DNA of 35,731 bases, from positions 1-35,731 of the forward strand of contig RKRS01000050.1 of assembly GCA_007571275.1 (NCBI GenBank), written 5' to 3'. The notes under the pieces are model-generated. The model was not told where the DNA came from and did no database searches. It worked only from the letters and a program-made list of their open reading frames with translations. Origin of the DNA: Dehalococcoidia bacterium. GTDB lineage: Bacteria > Chloroflexota > Dehalococcoidia > Bin125. Each line of letters begins with the position of its first letter. Position 1 is the stretch's first letter. The position numbers were made by a program, and so were the translations under genes. This document shows, in pieces, positions 1-9,306 of the stretch.

Positions 1-2
1 GG

Positions 3-839
3 TTGCTCGTGCCGGTGGCGATTCTGGCGATGGGTTGGTTCTGGTCGCATCGGATGCGCAAGCCAACCCTGTTGATTCCGGCGATCATGATCGCCGGCTG
101 GATCGTCTACCTCTTCATCGATCCCTGGTTCCTCTCCTCCTTCCCCTCGCGCAAGCCGGCGGAGGCGGGAATATTCTCCGCGGTCACCGGCACCCTCTAC
201 ATGATGGTGATTACAGCCGCCGTGGCGTTCCCGCTCGGAGTCGGCGCGGCCATCTACCTCGAGGAATACGCGAGACGCAACTGGTTCTCACGGATGATCC
301 AGGTCAATATCTCGAACCTCGCCGGCGTGCCTTCGATCATCTACGGCCTGCTCGGCCTGCAGGTCTTCGTTCGCGTACTGGAGTTTGAACGCTCGGTGCT
401 GGCCGGCGCCTGCACAATGGCGTTGCTGGTCATGCCGATCATCATCGTCTCGGCCCAGGAGGCGCTGCGTACCGTGCCGCCGTCGATGCGCGAGGCGGCC
501 TACGCGGTCGGCGCGACCCGCTGGCAGGTGATCCGTTATCACGTATTGCCCTACGCCTTCGGCGGAATGCTGACCGGCAACATCCTGGCGATGTCCCGCG
601 CGATCGGTGAGACGGCGCCGCTCATCGCGATCGGCGCGCTCACCTTCATCGCCTTCCTGGCCGACTCACCGACGGACGATTTCACCGTACTGCCGATTCA
701 AATATTCAATTGGGTTGCTCGTCCGCAGAGCGGCTTCCATGAGATCGCGGCGTCGGGAATCATCGTGCTGATGGTCATCCTGTTACTGATGAACGCGGCA
801 GCGATCATCATGCGCCAACGCACCCGCACGGACTGGTAG
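3..839 (+). CDS. pstA: Phosphate ABC transporter permease PstA (5'-truncated by window edge)
   Basis: [38 protein letters not shown] loop, [10 protein letters not shown]; directly upstream of pstB and phoU. Confidence 0.95.
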   Translation: MLVPVAILAMGWFWSHRMRKPTLLIPAIMIAGWIVYLFIDPWFLSSFPSRKPAEAGIFSAVTGTLYMMVITAAVAFPLGVGAAIYLEEYARRNWFSRMIQVNISNLAGVPSIIYGLLGLQVFVRVLEFERSVLAGACTMALLVMPIIIVSAQEALRTVPPSMREAAYAVGATRWQVIRYHVLPYAFGGMLTGNILAMSRAIGETAPLIAIGALTFIAFLADSPTDDFTVLPIQIFNWVARPQSGFHEIAASGIIVLMVILLLMNAAAIIMRQRTRTDW

Positions 840-882
840 ATTCACACTCCACAGGTGGAGGGACACTGAGGGGGAGACCGAG

Positions 883-1821
883 ATGGCACGCAACTTCTTC
901 ACCGTGATGCGATCGAGCGCGCCGAGCAGTACTGCAGAGCGAGGCACGGTCACCGCGCCGCCGCCACCGTCGAACATGAAAGAGGAGGCCGCGGCCGGCG
1001 TCGGCGTACATCTCGACCCCAGTCTGGGCGCGGTGCGGCACGAGATCACCGAAGCAGTCGAGATGGCGCTCGAACTGCGGGACGTCTCGGCGTACTACGG
1101 CACGTTTCAGGCAGTGGACCGGATCACTCTGCCGATTCCCAGGAATCGTGTCACGGCGTTGATCGGCCCGTCCGGCTGCGGTAAGTCCACGCTGCTGCGC
1201 TGTCTCAATCGGCTGAACGACCTCATCCCGGGCGCGCGGATTGAAGGCAACATCGAGTTTGAAGGACGCAACCTGCTGGACCCGAACGTCGACGCCGTCG
1301 ACGTCCGCCGCCGAATCGGGATGGTCTTCCAGAAGCCCAACCCGTTCCCCAAGTCGATCTATGAAAACGTCGCGTTCGGCGCTCGAATCAACGGGTATTC
1401 GGGCGACATGGATCGACTGGTCGAAGATTCCCTGCGTCGGGCTGCGCTCTGGAGTGAAGTCAAGGACGAGTTGAACAAGTCCGGGCTGGCGCTGTCCGGC
1501 GGTCAGCAGCAACGACTGTGTATCGCCCGCGCCATCGCGGTGCAGCCCGAGATCATCCTGATGGATGAGCCGGCCTCGGCGCTTGACCCCGTCGCCACGC
1601 TGAAAATCGAAGACCTGATGCGCGAACTGGCCGAGCACTACACGATCGTCGTGGTGACCCACAACATGCAGCAGGCTGGTCGCGTGTCCGACTACACGGC
1701 GTTCCTGCTGGCCGGTGAGGAGCGGGTCGGGCGACTGGTCGAATTCGGCCCGACACAGGAAATTTTCACGAACCCGCTGGATCAGCGGACGGAAGACTAC
1801 ATTACTGGCAGGTATGGCTAA
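883..1821 (+). CDS. pstB: Phosphate ABC transporter ATP-binding protein PstB with N-terminal extension
   Basis: Walker [51 protein letters not shown]-terminal [10 protein letters not shown]; GGGGGAG SD upstream. Confidence 0.96.
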   Translation: MARNFFTVMRSSAPSSTAERGTVTAPPPPSNMKEEAAAGVGVHLDPSLGAVRHEITEAVEMALELRDVSAYYGTFQAVDRITLPIPRNRVTALIGPSGCGKSTLLRCLNRLNDLIPGARIEGNIEFEGRNLLDPNVDAVDVRRRIGMVFQKPNPFPKSIYENVAFGARINGYSGDMDRLVEDSLRRAALWSEVKDELNKSGLALSGGQQQRLCIARAIAVQPEIILMDEPASALDPVATLKIEDLMRELAEHYTIVVVTHNMQQAGRVSDYTAFLLAGEERVGRLVEFGPTQEIFTNPLDQRTEDYITGRYG

Positions 1822-1863
1822 CCTGCTCAGTGATGGGAACAACGAATCCGCCCGGACAGCGAG

Positions 1864-2562
1864 GTGCGTATGTCAACCGTTCGGCTGACGTATTCCGCTG
1901 ATCGGGCAGATGTCCTGGACCGTCTTCGCCTTCAGCAGGCACGGGCTGACCGTTCGATCGTTGACGCGATGCAAGCGCTGCTCCGTCGCGACCTTGTGCT
2001 TGCTCGGCAGGTGTGCGAGGCCGATCACGACGCGAAACAGGTGCGCTACGCGATCGAGGAAGCAGTGACCAGCATCATCGCGCTGCAACAGCCGGTTGCT
2101 GGAGATCTGCGCGAATTGATGTCGATCATCGCGATCACGCTCAACCTCGAGCGGATCGCTGGCCATGCTGAGGGCATCGCTCGCAACGCCATCTTCCTCG
2201 AGGATGACCCGGTCGCTGCGACCGAGCCTGACCTGTGGCGCATGGCTGACGTCGTGCGCGAGATGTTGCAGTCAGCGACACGCTCCTTCCTGGAACGCGA
2301 TCAGCGCCTGGCGCGCTTCACGGCGAAGCGGGACGATGAAGTCGACGAACTGTACGGCGACATTCACGAACGCCTGATCGCCAGGCTGGCCGGCGTCGAG
2401 CGCGGCGCGGAGGAGTTCGACGCCATCACGCATGTACTCTGGTGCTCGCACAATCTCGAGCGCATCGGTGACCGCGCCCTGAACATCTGCGAGCGCACGA
2501 TCTTCCAGGTCACCGGTCGATTTGAGCGCCTGACCGGTCCCGACGACGAGGCGGCGTCTTAA
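1864..2562 (+). CDS. phoU: Phosphate signalling protein PhoU (GTG 1864 or ATG 1870 start)
   Basis: IALQQPVAGDLR, LERIAGHA, DDEVDELY, LERIGDRALNICE repeats; follows pstB. Confidence 0.93.
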   Translation: MRMSTVRLTYSADRADVLDRLRLQQARADRSIVDAMQALLRRDLVLARQVCEADHDAKQVRYAIEEAVTSIIALQQPVAGDLRELMSIIAITLNLERIAGHAEGIARNAIFLEDDPVAATEPDLWRMADVVREMLQSATRSFLERDQRLARFTAKRDDEVDELYGDIHERLIARLAGVERGAEEFDAITHVLWCSHNLERIGDRALNICERTIFQVTGRFERLTGPDDEAAS

Positions 2563-2589
2563 CGCACCCCGAAGCCGACGCATTCGCTC

Positions 2590-2601
2590 TAGCCTTCGCT
2601 C
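2590..2601 (+). promoter_or_regulatory. Candidate -10 element (TAGCCT) 6 nt before ATG; probable leaderless transcript
   Basis: TAGCCT 2590-2595, spacer TCGCTC, ATG 2602; no SD. Confidence 0.55.
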
Positions 2602-3177
2602 ATGGAAGCATTGGTGATCGCCCTGATCCGAGTGGCCGGCTCACTGCCGGTGCTGCGCTGGGCGTTCGTCGGCGGGTTGATCGCCGTCTTCGTCGATCTC
2701 TCTGACCTGTTCCTACGCCAGGCAATCGATCTGGGCGGTCTGCCGAACTACCAGGAGTGGGACAAGTGGGTCGACCAGGTGTATATCTGGTTGTTCTTGG
2801 TGGTCGCGCTGCGCTGGTCGGGCTGGGAGCGGCGGGTTGCACTGGGACTCTTCGGCTGGCGTCTGATCGGCTTCGTCGCGTTCGTGGCTGGGGCCGGACG
2901 CGACATCCTGATCTACTTCCCGCACGTCTTCGAGTTCTGGTTCCTCTTCGTCGCGGCCAGACCGCACTGGCCGTCACGACTACGTCCAGGCTGGGCGCAG
3001 GCCGCGGATGGTACCCCGGCGCCGCTCACGCGGGCTGAGGCGGCGCGTTGGTTACTGTTCCTCGCGGCGCTCAAGATCTTTCATGAGTACACGCTGCATA
3101 CGGGCAAGTGGTTCGACAACTTCTCTGCCTTCGAGGCGGCGGAGGCGATCTGGGACTTCGTCAGCGGGCCGTTCTAG
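2602..3177 (+). CDS. Hypothetical integral membrane protein with a DxxD...DxxxD acidic motif
   Basis: Several hydrophobic helices; DLSD and DKWVD; fills the gap between phoU and the ABC ATPases. Confidence 0.8.
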   Translation: MEALVIALIRVAGSLPVLRWAFVGGLIAVFVDLSDLFLRQAIDLGGLPNYQEWDKWVDQVYIWLFLVVALRWSGWERRVALGLFGWRLIGFVAFVAGAGRDILIYFPHVFEFWFLFVAARPHWPSRLRPGWAQAADGTPAPLTRAEAARWLLFLAALKIFHEYTLHTGKWFDNFSAFEAAEAIWDFVSGPF

Positions 3178-3290
3178 CCTGTTCTGGCGATGTGGCAGGT
3201 TTCGATCAGGAATACCGCATCGACAGGCTCGATCTCGGGGTATCCTGCCCATATTGCGCGTTTGATCTGAGCAGGTTCCTGGAGTAGACA

Positions 3291-4238
3291 ATGACGACTA
3301 GTGCGGCGGTTCCGCCGATTCGTCCCGACGAGATGTTGGCGGAGCAGCATGTGACCTGCCGCGACCTGTTCAAGATCTACAAGATCGCCGACCTCGAAGT
3401 CGTCGCCTTGCGCGGGCTCGACCTGACCGTTGGCCGCGGAGAGGTGCTGGCCATTGTCGGCGCGTCCGGTTCGGGTAAGTCGACCCTGCTCAACGTCCTG
3501 GCCGGCCTCGATGTCCCGTCAGCTGGTCAGGCCTACGTCAATAAAGCGGACCTGCTCGCCCTGACCGAGCAGGAACTGGTTGACTACCGACGCGAGGAAG
3601 TCGGCTTCGTCTGGCAGCAGACCGGTCGCAACCTGATTCCCTATCTCAATGCCCAGCAGAACATTGAGGTGCCAATGATCCTCGCTGGTCGCCCGCGCAA
3701 ACATGCCCGAGAGCGAGCGCTCGAATTGCTCGAAGCTGTCGGATTGATGAACAAACGACGACAGCGTCCCGACCAGCTCTCGGGCGGTGAGCAGCAACGC
3801 GTATCAATCGGCGTGGCGCTGGCCAACGACCCACCCTTGCTCCTGGCCGATGAGCCCACCGGTGAGCTGGACACGCATACCTCCGAAGAGATTTTCCAAC
3901 TGTTCCGCAACCTCTCAAATCAATTCGGACTGACGATCATCATCGTCACGCACGACCCGGCGATCGCATCGCGGGTTGACCGTGTCGTCGCCATTCGCGA
4001 CGGTACGATCGCGACGGAGACGGTGCGTCGCGTCGAAAATGCCGGGACCGAGATCGCTGAAGTGGTCCATGAAGAGTTCGCCGTGGTCGACGGCGCCGGG
4101 CGGCTACAGATTCCCAAGCCGTTGCTCGAACAGGTCGCGCTCGGCCGCAGGGCATACGTCGATTCACGCGACGGGCGGATCGTGATCACGCCGGCGCACG
4201 AGGCCGACGCCGGCGATGAAGAGGCTGAACAACGATGA
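3291..4238 (+). CDS. LolD/MacB-type ABC ATP-binding protein with a C-terminal AbrB-like domain
   Basis: GASGSGKS, LSGGEQQRV, ADEPTGELD, VTHD; tail AVVDGAGRLQIPKPLLEQV...DGRIVITP; GGAG SD. Confidence 0.9.
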   Translation: MTTSAAVPPIRPDEMLAEQHVTCRDLFKIYKIADLEVVALRGLDLTVGRGEVLAIVGASGSGKSTLLNVLAGLDVPSAGQAYVNKADLLALTEQELVDYRREEVGFVWQQTGRNLIPYLNAQQNIEVPMILAGRPRKHARERALELLEAVGLMNKRRQRPDQLSGGEQQRVSIGVALANDPPLLLADEPTGELDTHTSEEIFQLFRNLSNQFGLTIIIVTHDPAIASRVDRVVAIRDGTIATETVRRVENAGTEIAEVVHEEFAVVDGAGRLQIPKPLLEQVALGRRAYVDSRDGRIVITPAHEADAGDEEAEQR

Positions 4239-5332
4239 CATCTCCTCAGGCAACCAACGGCATGACCGCTCTCCGCAATCAGGACCTGGTCGTCGATGTC
4301 CAGGGCGTCTCGCGCAAGTTCGTGGTCGGCGGCGAGGATATCTGGGCCGTCCGTGATGTCTCGCTACAGGTTGCGCGAGGCGAGTTTGTCGCGTTGATTG
4401 GACGCTCTGGTTCGGGCAAAACGACGCTGCTCAATCTGATCGCCGGATTGGATTCCCCGACCTCAGGGCATGTCACGATCGACGGGGAGAACATCACCGA
4501 TTACACCGAGCGTCAGCTGACCCAACTGCGTCGTCACCGTGTCGGATTTGTCTTCCAGTCCTTCGGACTGCTGCCGCTGCTCTCGGCGTACGAGAACGTT
4601 GAGCTGTCGTTGCGAATTGCAGGTGCCGGCATCCGCGAGCGTCGCCGTCGCGCTGAGGAATTGCTTGAGGCGGTCGGACTCGCCGGGCGCGCTCGCCACC
4701 GACCGTACGAACTGTCTGGTGGCGAGCAACAGCGGGTCGCCATCGCTCGGGCGTTGGCCAACTCACCGGCCCTGATTCTGGCCGACGAGCCAACCGGGGA
4801 GTTGGACTCCACGACCGCCGTTTCGATTTTCCGACTGCTACACGACCTGGTCGTCGAGCAGGGCGTCACGATCATCACGACCACACATGACCGCACCGTG
4901 ATGGAACTGGTGCCGCGGGTCGAAGAGATGAGGGATGGTCGGTTGTTGCAGCCCGAAGAGCAGGAATTGTTCCGCTACACGGTCCGCGACGAGCGTTCGC
5001 GCTTCGCTGCCGATCTACCCACCGACATCCAGGATGAGGTCTCGGCCGTGCGATCGCACGCCGCCGATTTCGCGCCGACGGTGGAAGAACGCGTCGCGGC
5101 GGAACGCGCCGCTCATCCGGAGCTAACCGAAGCCCAGGCGCGCCACGTGTTCGGCGCTGATCGCGAAGAGCCTGAGCCGTCTGCGATCGGGTCTGCTGCG
5201 GCAGCGGACGCGACCGACGAAACCTGGCAGCCGCAGATTCCCGATCCGGAGCCGCCCAGCGAAGAAGAAGCGTCGTTTGCTCCTCCCGCTGGTGTTGAGC
5301 GACCGGTCTGGGCGCGACCACGCGACGAGTAA
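4235..5332 (+). CDS. LolD/MacB-type ABC ATP-binding protein with a long acidic C-terminal tail
   Basis: GRSGSGKT, LSGGEQQRVAIARA, ADEPTGELD; ATGA overlap with the previous gene. Confidence 0.9.
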   Translation: MTSPQATNGMTALRNQDLVVDVQGVSRKFVVGGEDIWAVRDVSLQVARGEFVALIGRSGSGKTTLLNLIAGLDSPTSGHVTIDGENITDYTERQLTQLRRHRVGFVFQSFGLLPLLSAYENVELSLRIAGAGIRERRRRAEELLEAVGLAGRARHRPYELSGGEQQRVAIARALANSPALILADEPTGELDSTTAVSIFRLLHDLVVEQGVTIITTTHDRTVMELVPRVEEMRDGRLLQPEEQELFRYTVRDERSRFAADLPTDIQDEVSAVRSHAADFAPTVEERVAAERAAHPELTEAQARHVFGADREEPEPSAIGSAAAADATDETWQPQIPDPEPPSEEEASFAPPAGVERPVWARPRDE

Positions 5333-5335
5333 CGA

Positions 5336-6085
5336 CTAAGGCTCGGTCTCGACCTTGGTCAGAATGAAGCGACGCGGCTGCTGATCCCAGCGAATCAGGC
5401 GGTGTGGCGGATCGATCGCGTACCAGGCGCGGGAGATTTCCACGCCCGGCGTCGCCACGACCTGCCAGACGACCACGTCGCCGTCGGGGCTGCGCAGCGT
5501 GTCCTGCCCGCGCACCGCAACCTGAACGACCTGGCTGCGGCGCTGGACGACGTTCACCGAGCGATAGGTCAGCTCCAGGTCCTGCTCGAACGCCAGCGTG
5601 CGCCAGAGCCAGGCCGACGAGTCATTGTCGAAGGCAAACGCGCCGGCCTCGACGGTTTCTTCAGTGACTTCGCCGTCTTCATCGAGGATCACCTCGGCCG
5701 AAATTTCCGCGTCGGCATTGATGCGGTACGTCGCCTCCGCGGTGAGCGTCTCCTCCGACGACTCCGCGTGTCGCTGGTAGCGAAGCGGTTGCAGCGTGTC
5801 GGCGTCAACCCAGACGCTCACTCGATCCGTTACCGTGCCATCTTCGCTGTCAAGAGTGAACTGCAGCGACAGCAGGTACTCGTCGTCCTGGCGAATGGTT
5901 TCCAGCACGAGCGTCCCCAGCCTGGTGTCGGTCTGGTCGAGCATGTCGTAGTGCAGCCGCTCAAAGTCCGGCCACGAGATCTGCGAGACAGGATTTTCAG
6001 GATCGTTGAAACCAGCCTCGGAGCCACAGGCGACGAAGATTCCGACCATCCCGGCCAGGAACACAGCGAACAACGACCGCGTCAC
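5336..6085 (-). CDS. Lipoprotein, beta-rich, possibly DUF3108-like
   Basis: GTG at 6085 overlaps the upstream TGA; signal peptide MTRSLFAVFLAGMVGIFVA-C lipobox; VWVDADTLQPLRY and AWYAIDPPHRLIRW segments. Confidence 0.75.
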   Translation of the reverse strand: MTRSLFAVFLAGMVGIFVACGSEAGFNDPENPVSQISWPDFERLHYDMLDQTDTRLGTLVLETIRQDDEYLLSLQFTLDSEDGTVTDRVSVWVDADTLQPLRYQRHAESSEETLTAEATYRINADAEISAEVILDEDGEVTEETVEAGAFAFDNDSSAWLWRTLAFEQDLELTYRSVNVVQRRSQVVQVAVRGQDTLRSPDGDVVVWQVVATPGVEISRAWYAIDPPHRLIRWDQQPRRFILTKVETEP

Positions 6086-7458
6086 TGCAGAGTCCCAATG
6101 ACGCCCTGCGCCCGAAGACGCGGCTTCAGGTCGGCCTGCGAACCATTGCCTTTGGTCGAATTGCATGCCCCACAAAGCAGCTGCAGGTTATCGAGATGAT
6201 CGGAACCACCTCTCGATCGTGGAACGATGTGGTCGACTGTGAAATTGCGAAAGGGAAACGCGGAGTTGCAACCGGCGCAGATGCCTTCCTGTTTGCCGAA
6301 GAGGGTGTGCTTGTGCGTGCGGTAGTTCGGCAATGTCCCGAAGTCAGTTCGCTGAGGCACGTCATCGCGGACGATGATGTCCCCGAACATGCCAAGCTCA
6401 TTTCGCATTCGTTGCTGCACGAGTTGAGCGGCGCGTGGAGCGATATCAATGCCAATCCACTGGCGCGGTTCTTCGACTTCCTGGTTGCCTGCTCGGCGTC
6501 TCATTCCCTCAGCGGCAACACAGGCGGTTGCGCAACCTGCATAGGGATCGAGCACCATATCCCCTGGCCTGGAAGAAGCCCGGATGATGCGGTCAAGCAA
6601 TTTCAACGGCTTTTGCGTGGGATATCCGGTTCGTTCCTTCTTGGGAGTGTGCATCATATCCGGAATGTCGTTCCAGACACTGCCAACCAATCGATCCTCG
6701 ACGAGATATCCACCTCGTTCCTCCACGAAGTACTTGATTCGGATATTCCCGGTACGCGTGACATGGATGCGCCCTGCTGCGCTCAACCGCTCGATGCTCT
6801 CGTCCGTGTAGTCGCCACGCGGCGCCGTGCGGAACCAGCGTCCGTCAGCACCCCGTTGATAGCCGTTTGCAGATGCTTCCTGTATCGGGATGAGGCGCTC
6901 TCCGTACACACTGTGATAGGTGTGGCCTCCGCCGTTGCTGTAGAAAAGAATGTCGTCATGGTTGCGGGGAAACTGGTTTGCAACTGCCTTGGCGCCACGT
7001 CCACCGTAATGCCAGATGATCTCGTTGCGATGACGATCTGTGCCGAACACCGCGTCCATTGCGAGTTTGAGATAGTGGCCGGCATTCGGATCGCAATGAA
7101 GGTAGATGCTACCTGCAGGCTTGAGTAACCGCTTCATCTCGATGAGACGTACACTCATGTATATCAGGTAAGCCTGCATGGACTTACTGTGGGTCAGCCC
7201 CGCAGTCTTGATCACCGAGTACAGAGCAGGTTCCCGTTCATCGATTTCTCCATGCCATTCCAGGTCAACATCTTTGAGGGTCCATGTGTCCTGAAATTCG
7301 GCGCCAGCTGCGTCGGAGCCAATTGGAGCTGCATAGTTGTGGTTGGAATTAAAAGGCGGATCGAGATAGATCAGATCAACGCTATCGGAATTCAACCCCC
7401 GCATAATCGGGAGATTGTCACCGGTAAAGAACGTGCGATTTTTCCAGTTGGGATGCAT
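6082..7458 (-). CDS. Beta-class N6A/N4C DNA methyltransferase fused to a C-terminal zinc-binding HNH endonuclease (458 aa)
   Basis: Motif IV YLDPPF precedes motif I LDPYAGCAT; GSIYLHCD, RTGYPTQKP; C-terminal CAGC...VDHIVPRSRGGSDHLDNLQLLCGACNSTKG. ATG 7458 chosen because the ORF-track start lies inside ltaE. Confidence 0.92.
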   Translation of the reverse strand: MHPNWKNRTFFTGDNLPIMRGLNSDSVDLIYLDPPFNSNHNYAAPIGSDAAGAEFQDTWTLKDVDLEWHGEIDEREPALYSVIKTAGLTHSKSMQAYLIYMSVRLIEMKRLLKPAGSIYLHCDPNAGHYLKLAMDAVFGTDRHRNEIIWHYGGRGAKAVANQFPRNHDDILFYSNGGGHTYHSVYGERLIPIQEASANGYQRGADGRWFRTAPRGDYTDESIERLSAAGRIHVTRTGNIRIKYFVEERGGYLVEDRLVGSVWNDIPDMMHTPKKERTGYPTQKPLKLLDRIIRASSRPGDMVLDPYAGCATACVAAEGMRRRAGNQEVEEPRQWIGIDIAPRAAQLVQQRMRNELGMFGDIIVRDDVPQRTDFGTLPNYRTHKHTLFGKQEGICAGCNSAFPFRNFTVDHIVPRSRGGSDHLDNLQLLCGACNSTKGNGSQADLKPRLRAQGVIGTLQ

Positions 7459-7462
7459 GGTG

Positions 7463-8530
7463 TCATCCAGGGCCGATTTCTGCTTCGGCCATGCGACGCA
7501 GGGCTTCGGCGCAGTCCTCACTGGTGACATCAGCATGGGTGACCAGACGGATTTTGGTCCGGTCTGGAGTGGTCACGAGCACGCCGATCCGCTTCAGCTC
7601 AGCCTGTAGCTTCGGCGACGGCGCCGGGTCACTGGATGTGTCGAGCTGCGCGATGATGATGTTCGTCTCCACGCGCTCGGGGTTGACGTCGAAACCGAGC
7701 TCGGCCAGTCCACGTGTGAGCTGTCGCGCGTTGGCGTGATCGTCGTGCAGACGATCTACCATCTGATCGAGGGCGACCAGTCCCGCCGCCGCCAGAATCC
7801 CGGCCTGCCGCATACCGCCGCCGACCAGTTTGCGAGTGCGGCGAGCCTGGGCGATGAACGCCTCGTCGCCACAGATCAGCGAGCCGACCGGCGCTCCGAG
7901 TCCTTTGGAGAGGCAGAAGGTCACGCTGTCAGCCGGCGCGGCGAGTTCGGCCACGCTGTGTCCCGAGGCGACGGCTGCGTTGAAGATGCGCGCCCCATCG
8001 AGGTGCACGCGCAGTCCCAGATCATGCGCGACGCCGGCGATCTCCTGCATCCGCTCAAGCGAAATGACCGTTCCGCCACAGAAGTTGTGGGTGTTCTCGA
8101 GCGCCAGCAGCGTCGTCCGCGGCTGATGCATGTCGTCTGGACGGACGGCGCCCGGGATCAGCTCGGGATCGAACCCGCCGTCCGGCTGGTTCGGCAGTGT
8201 CGTCGCGAGCACGCCGCCCAGTCTCGACACGCCGCCTGCTTCTGAGCGCACGATGTGCGCGCGATCGCCGACCAGTAATTCGTCACCGGCTCTGGTCTGA
8301 GATAGCAGCGACACTAGGTTGGCCATCGTCCCGCTGGATACGTACAACGCCGCCTCTTTGCCAGTGACGGCCGCGGCCTGCTGCTCCAGTTTGATGATCG
8401 TCGGATCTTCGCCGAATACGTCGTCGCCGACCTCTGCTTCGTACATGGCCTGGCGCATTGCCGGCGTCGGCTTGGTCACGGTGTCGGAGCGCAGATCGAT
8501 CAATGGCCGTTCGCTCTGGTTGAGGGTCAC
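7463..8530 (-). CDS. ltaE: Low-specificity L-threonine aldolase (PLP)
   Basis: IDLRSDTVTKPT, GDDVFGEDPT, SGTMANL, LENTHN, HLDGARIFNA, CLSKGLGAPVGS, GGGMRQAG; GTG 8530 overlaps the upstream TGA. Confidence 0.95.
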   Translation of the reverse strand: MTLNQSERPLIDLRSDTVTKPTPAMRQAMYEAEVGDDVFGEDPTIIKLEQQAAAVTGKEAALYVSSGTMANLVSLLSQTRAGDELLVGDRAHIVRSEAGGVSRLGGVLATTLPNQPDGGFDPELIPGAVRPDDMHQPRTTLLALENTHNFCGGTVISLERMQEIAGVAHDLGLRVHLDGARIFNAAVASGHSVAELAAPADSVTFCLSKGLGAPVGSLICGDEAFIAQARRTRKLVGGGMRQAGILAAAGLVALDQMVDRLHDDHANARQLTRGLAELGFDVNPERVETNIIIAQLDTSSDPAPSPKLQAELKRIGVLVTTPDRTKIRLVTHADVTSEDCAEALRRMAEAEIGPG

Positions 8531-8970
8531 GCGGTTGGTCCTTGCCGTTCCCAAATCGTGCGGAATCCCTCGCCGCCGGTAATGGCGGCGAGGGTGACGG
8601 CGCGTTCGCCATCGAGGAGTTGTCGTTGAATGTCCTGGACGTGGTCCGGATCGGCGCCCAGGCTGATCAGTCGCGCCTCGATCTTCTGCCAAATGCCGGA
8701 CTCCTCGAACGCCCTGATCGCGCGTGGCCAAGGGAACGACATAATTCGCTCGGGCAATGGCAATCGTGGGCGGAGCGACTTCAGATGGCGAAAACGCTCT
8801 TCAGCTGAGTTGACGCGGTCAACGAGCTGGATGATCGGCATATCCGGCGGATCGGCGCGGAAGTCCACCAGGAGACGCGGTTCCAGCACTTCGAAGCGCA
8901 CGATCAGCACCGACGCACGGTCGATGACACGTAGAATTTCATCGAGGTCGACGCCGTAGTCGTCGCTCAT
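8527..8970 (-). CDS. Hypothetical protein (147 aa)
   Basis: Globular-looking composition; stop coupled to the ltaE start through GTGA. Confidence 0.78.
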   Translation of the reverse strand: MSDDYGVDLDEILRVIDRASVLIVRFEVLEPRLLVDFRADPPDMPIIQLVDRVNSAEERFRHLKSLRPRLPLPERIMSFPWPRAIRAFEESGIWQKIEARLISLGADPDHVQDIQRQLLDGERAVTLAAITGGEGFRTIWERQGPTA

Positions 8971-9003
8971 CGCGCTATGCAGTCCTGCCCAGCCCAATGC
9001 TGA

Positions 9004-9288
9004 TTAATCAGATTGAGGGCTCGATATCCCTGAGTGTATGGACGCTGAGGGAGAGCGTCCAATGTGGCCAACAGGCGCGGCGGGGAGCGCGCCGATGCCG
9101 AGCAATGCCTCGCGGGCTGCGTCGTAGCGCTGCTTGGCGCGCGCCTCGCGGTTGAGTAAGCCTTTCAGCTTGGGCGGCTCGAGCGGTTTGCCGTCGAGAA
9201 AGATCTCGTGCAGCCGAGACAGCTGCTTCTGCCACGCCTGCCACGCTTCTTGATACTCGGCTTGTCGTTCAGGATCGACACGAACCAT
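9004..9288 (-). CDS. Small helical hypothetical protein
   Basis: Amphipathic helical sequence, AGGA SD, co-oriented with neighbours. Confidence 0.72.
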   Translation of the reverse strand: MVRVDPERQAEYQEAWQAWQKQLSRLHEIFLDGKPLEPPKLKGLLNREARAKQRYDAAREALLGIGALPAAPVGHIGRSPSASIHSGISSPQSD

Positions 9289-9306
9289 GATTGTCCTGTG
9301 GGTCTC

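Noticed and set aside
6082-7458. Calling the MTase-HNH gene an IS element, prophage part or group I intron
   Set aside because: No transposase, terminal inverted repeats, phage genes or interrupted host gene; only the 4-bp junction match and GC shift.
7459-8731. Longer N-termini of the MTase (7536) and ltaE (8731) given by the ORF track
   Set aside because: They run deep into upstream genes; starts at 7458 and 8530 fit family N-termini and coupling.
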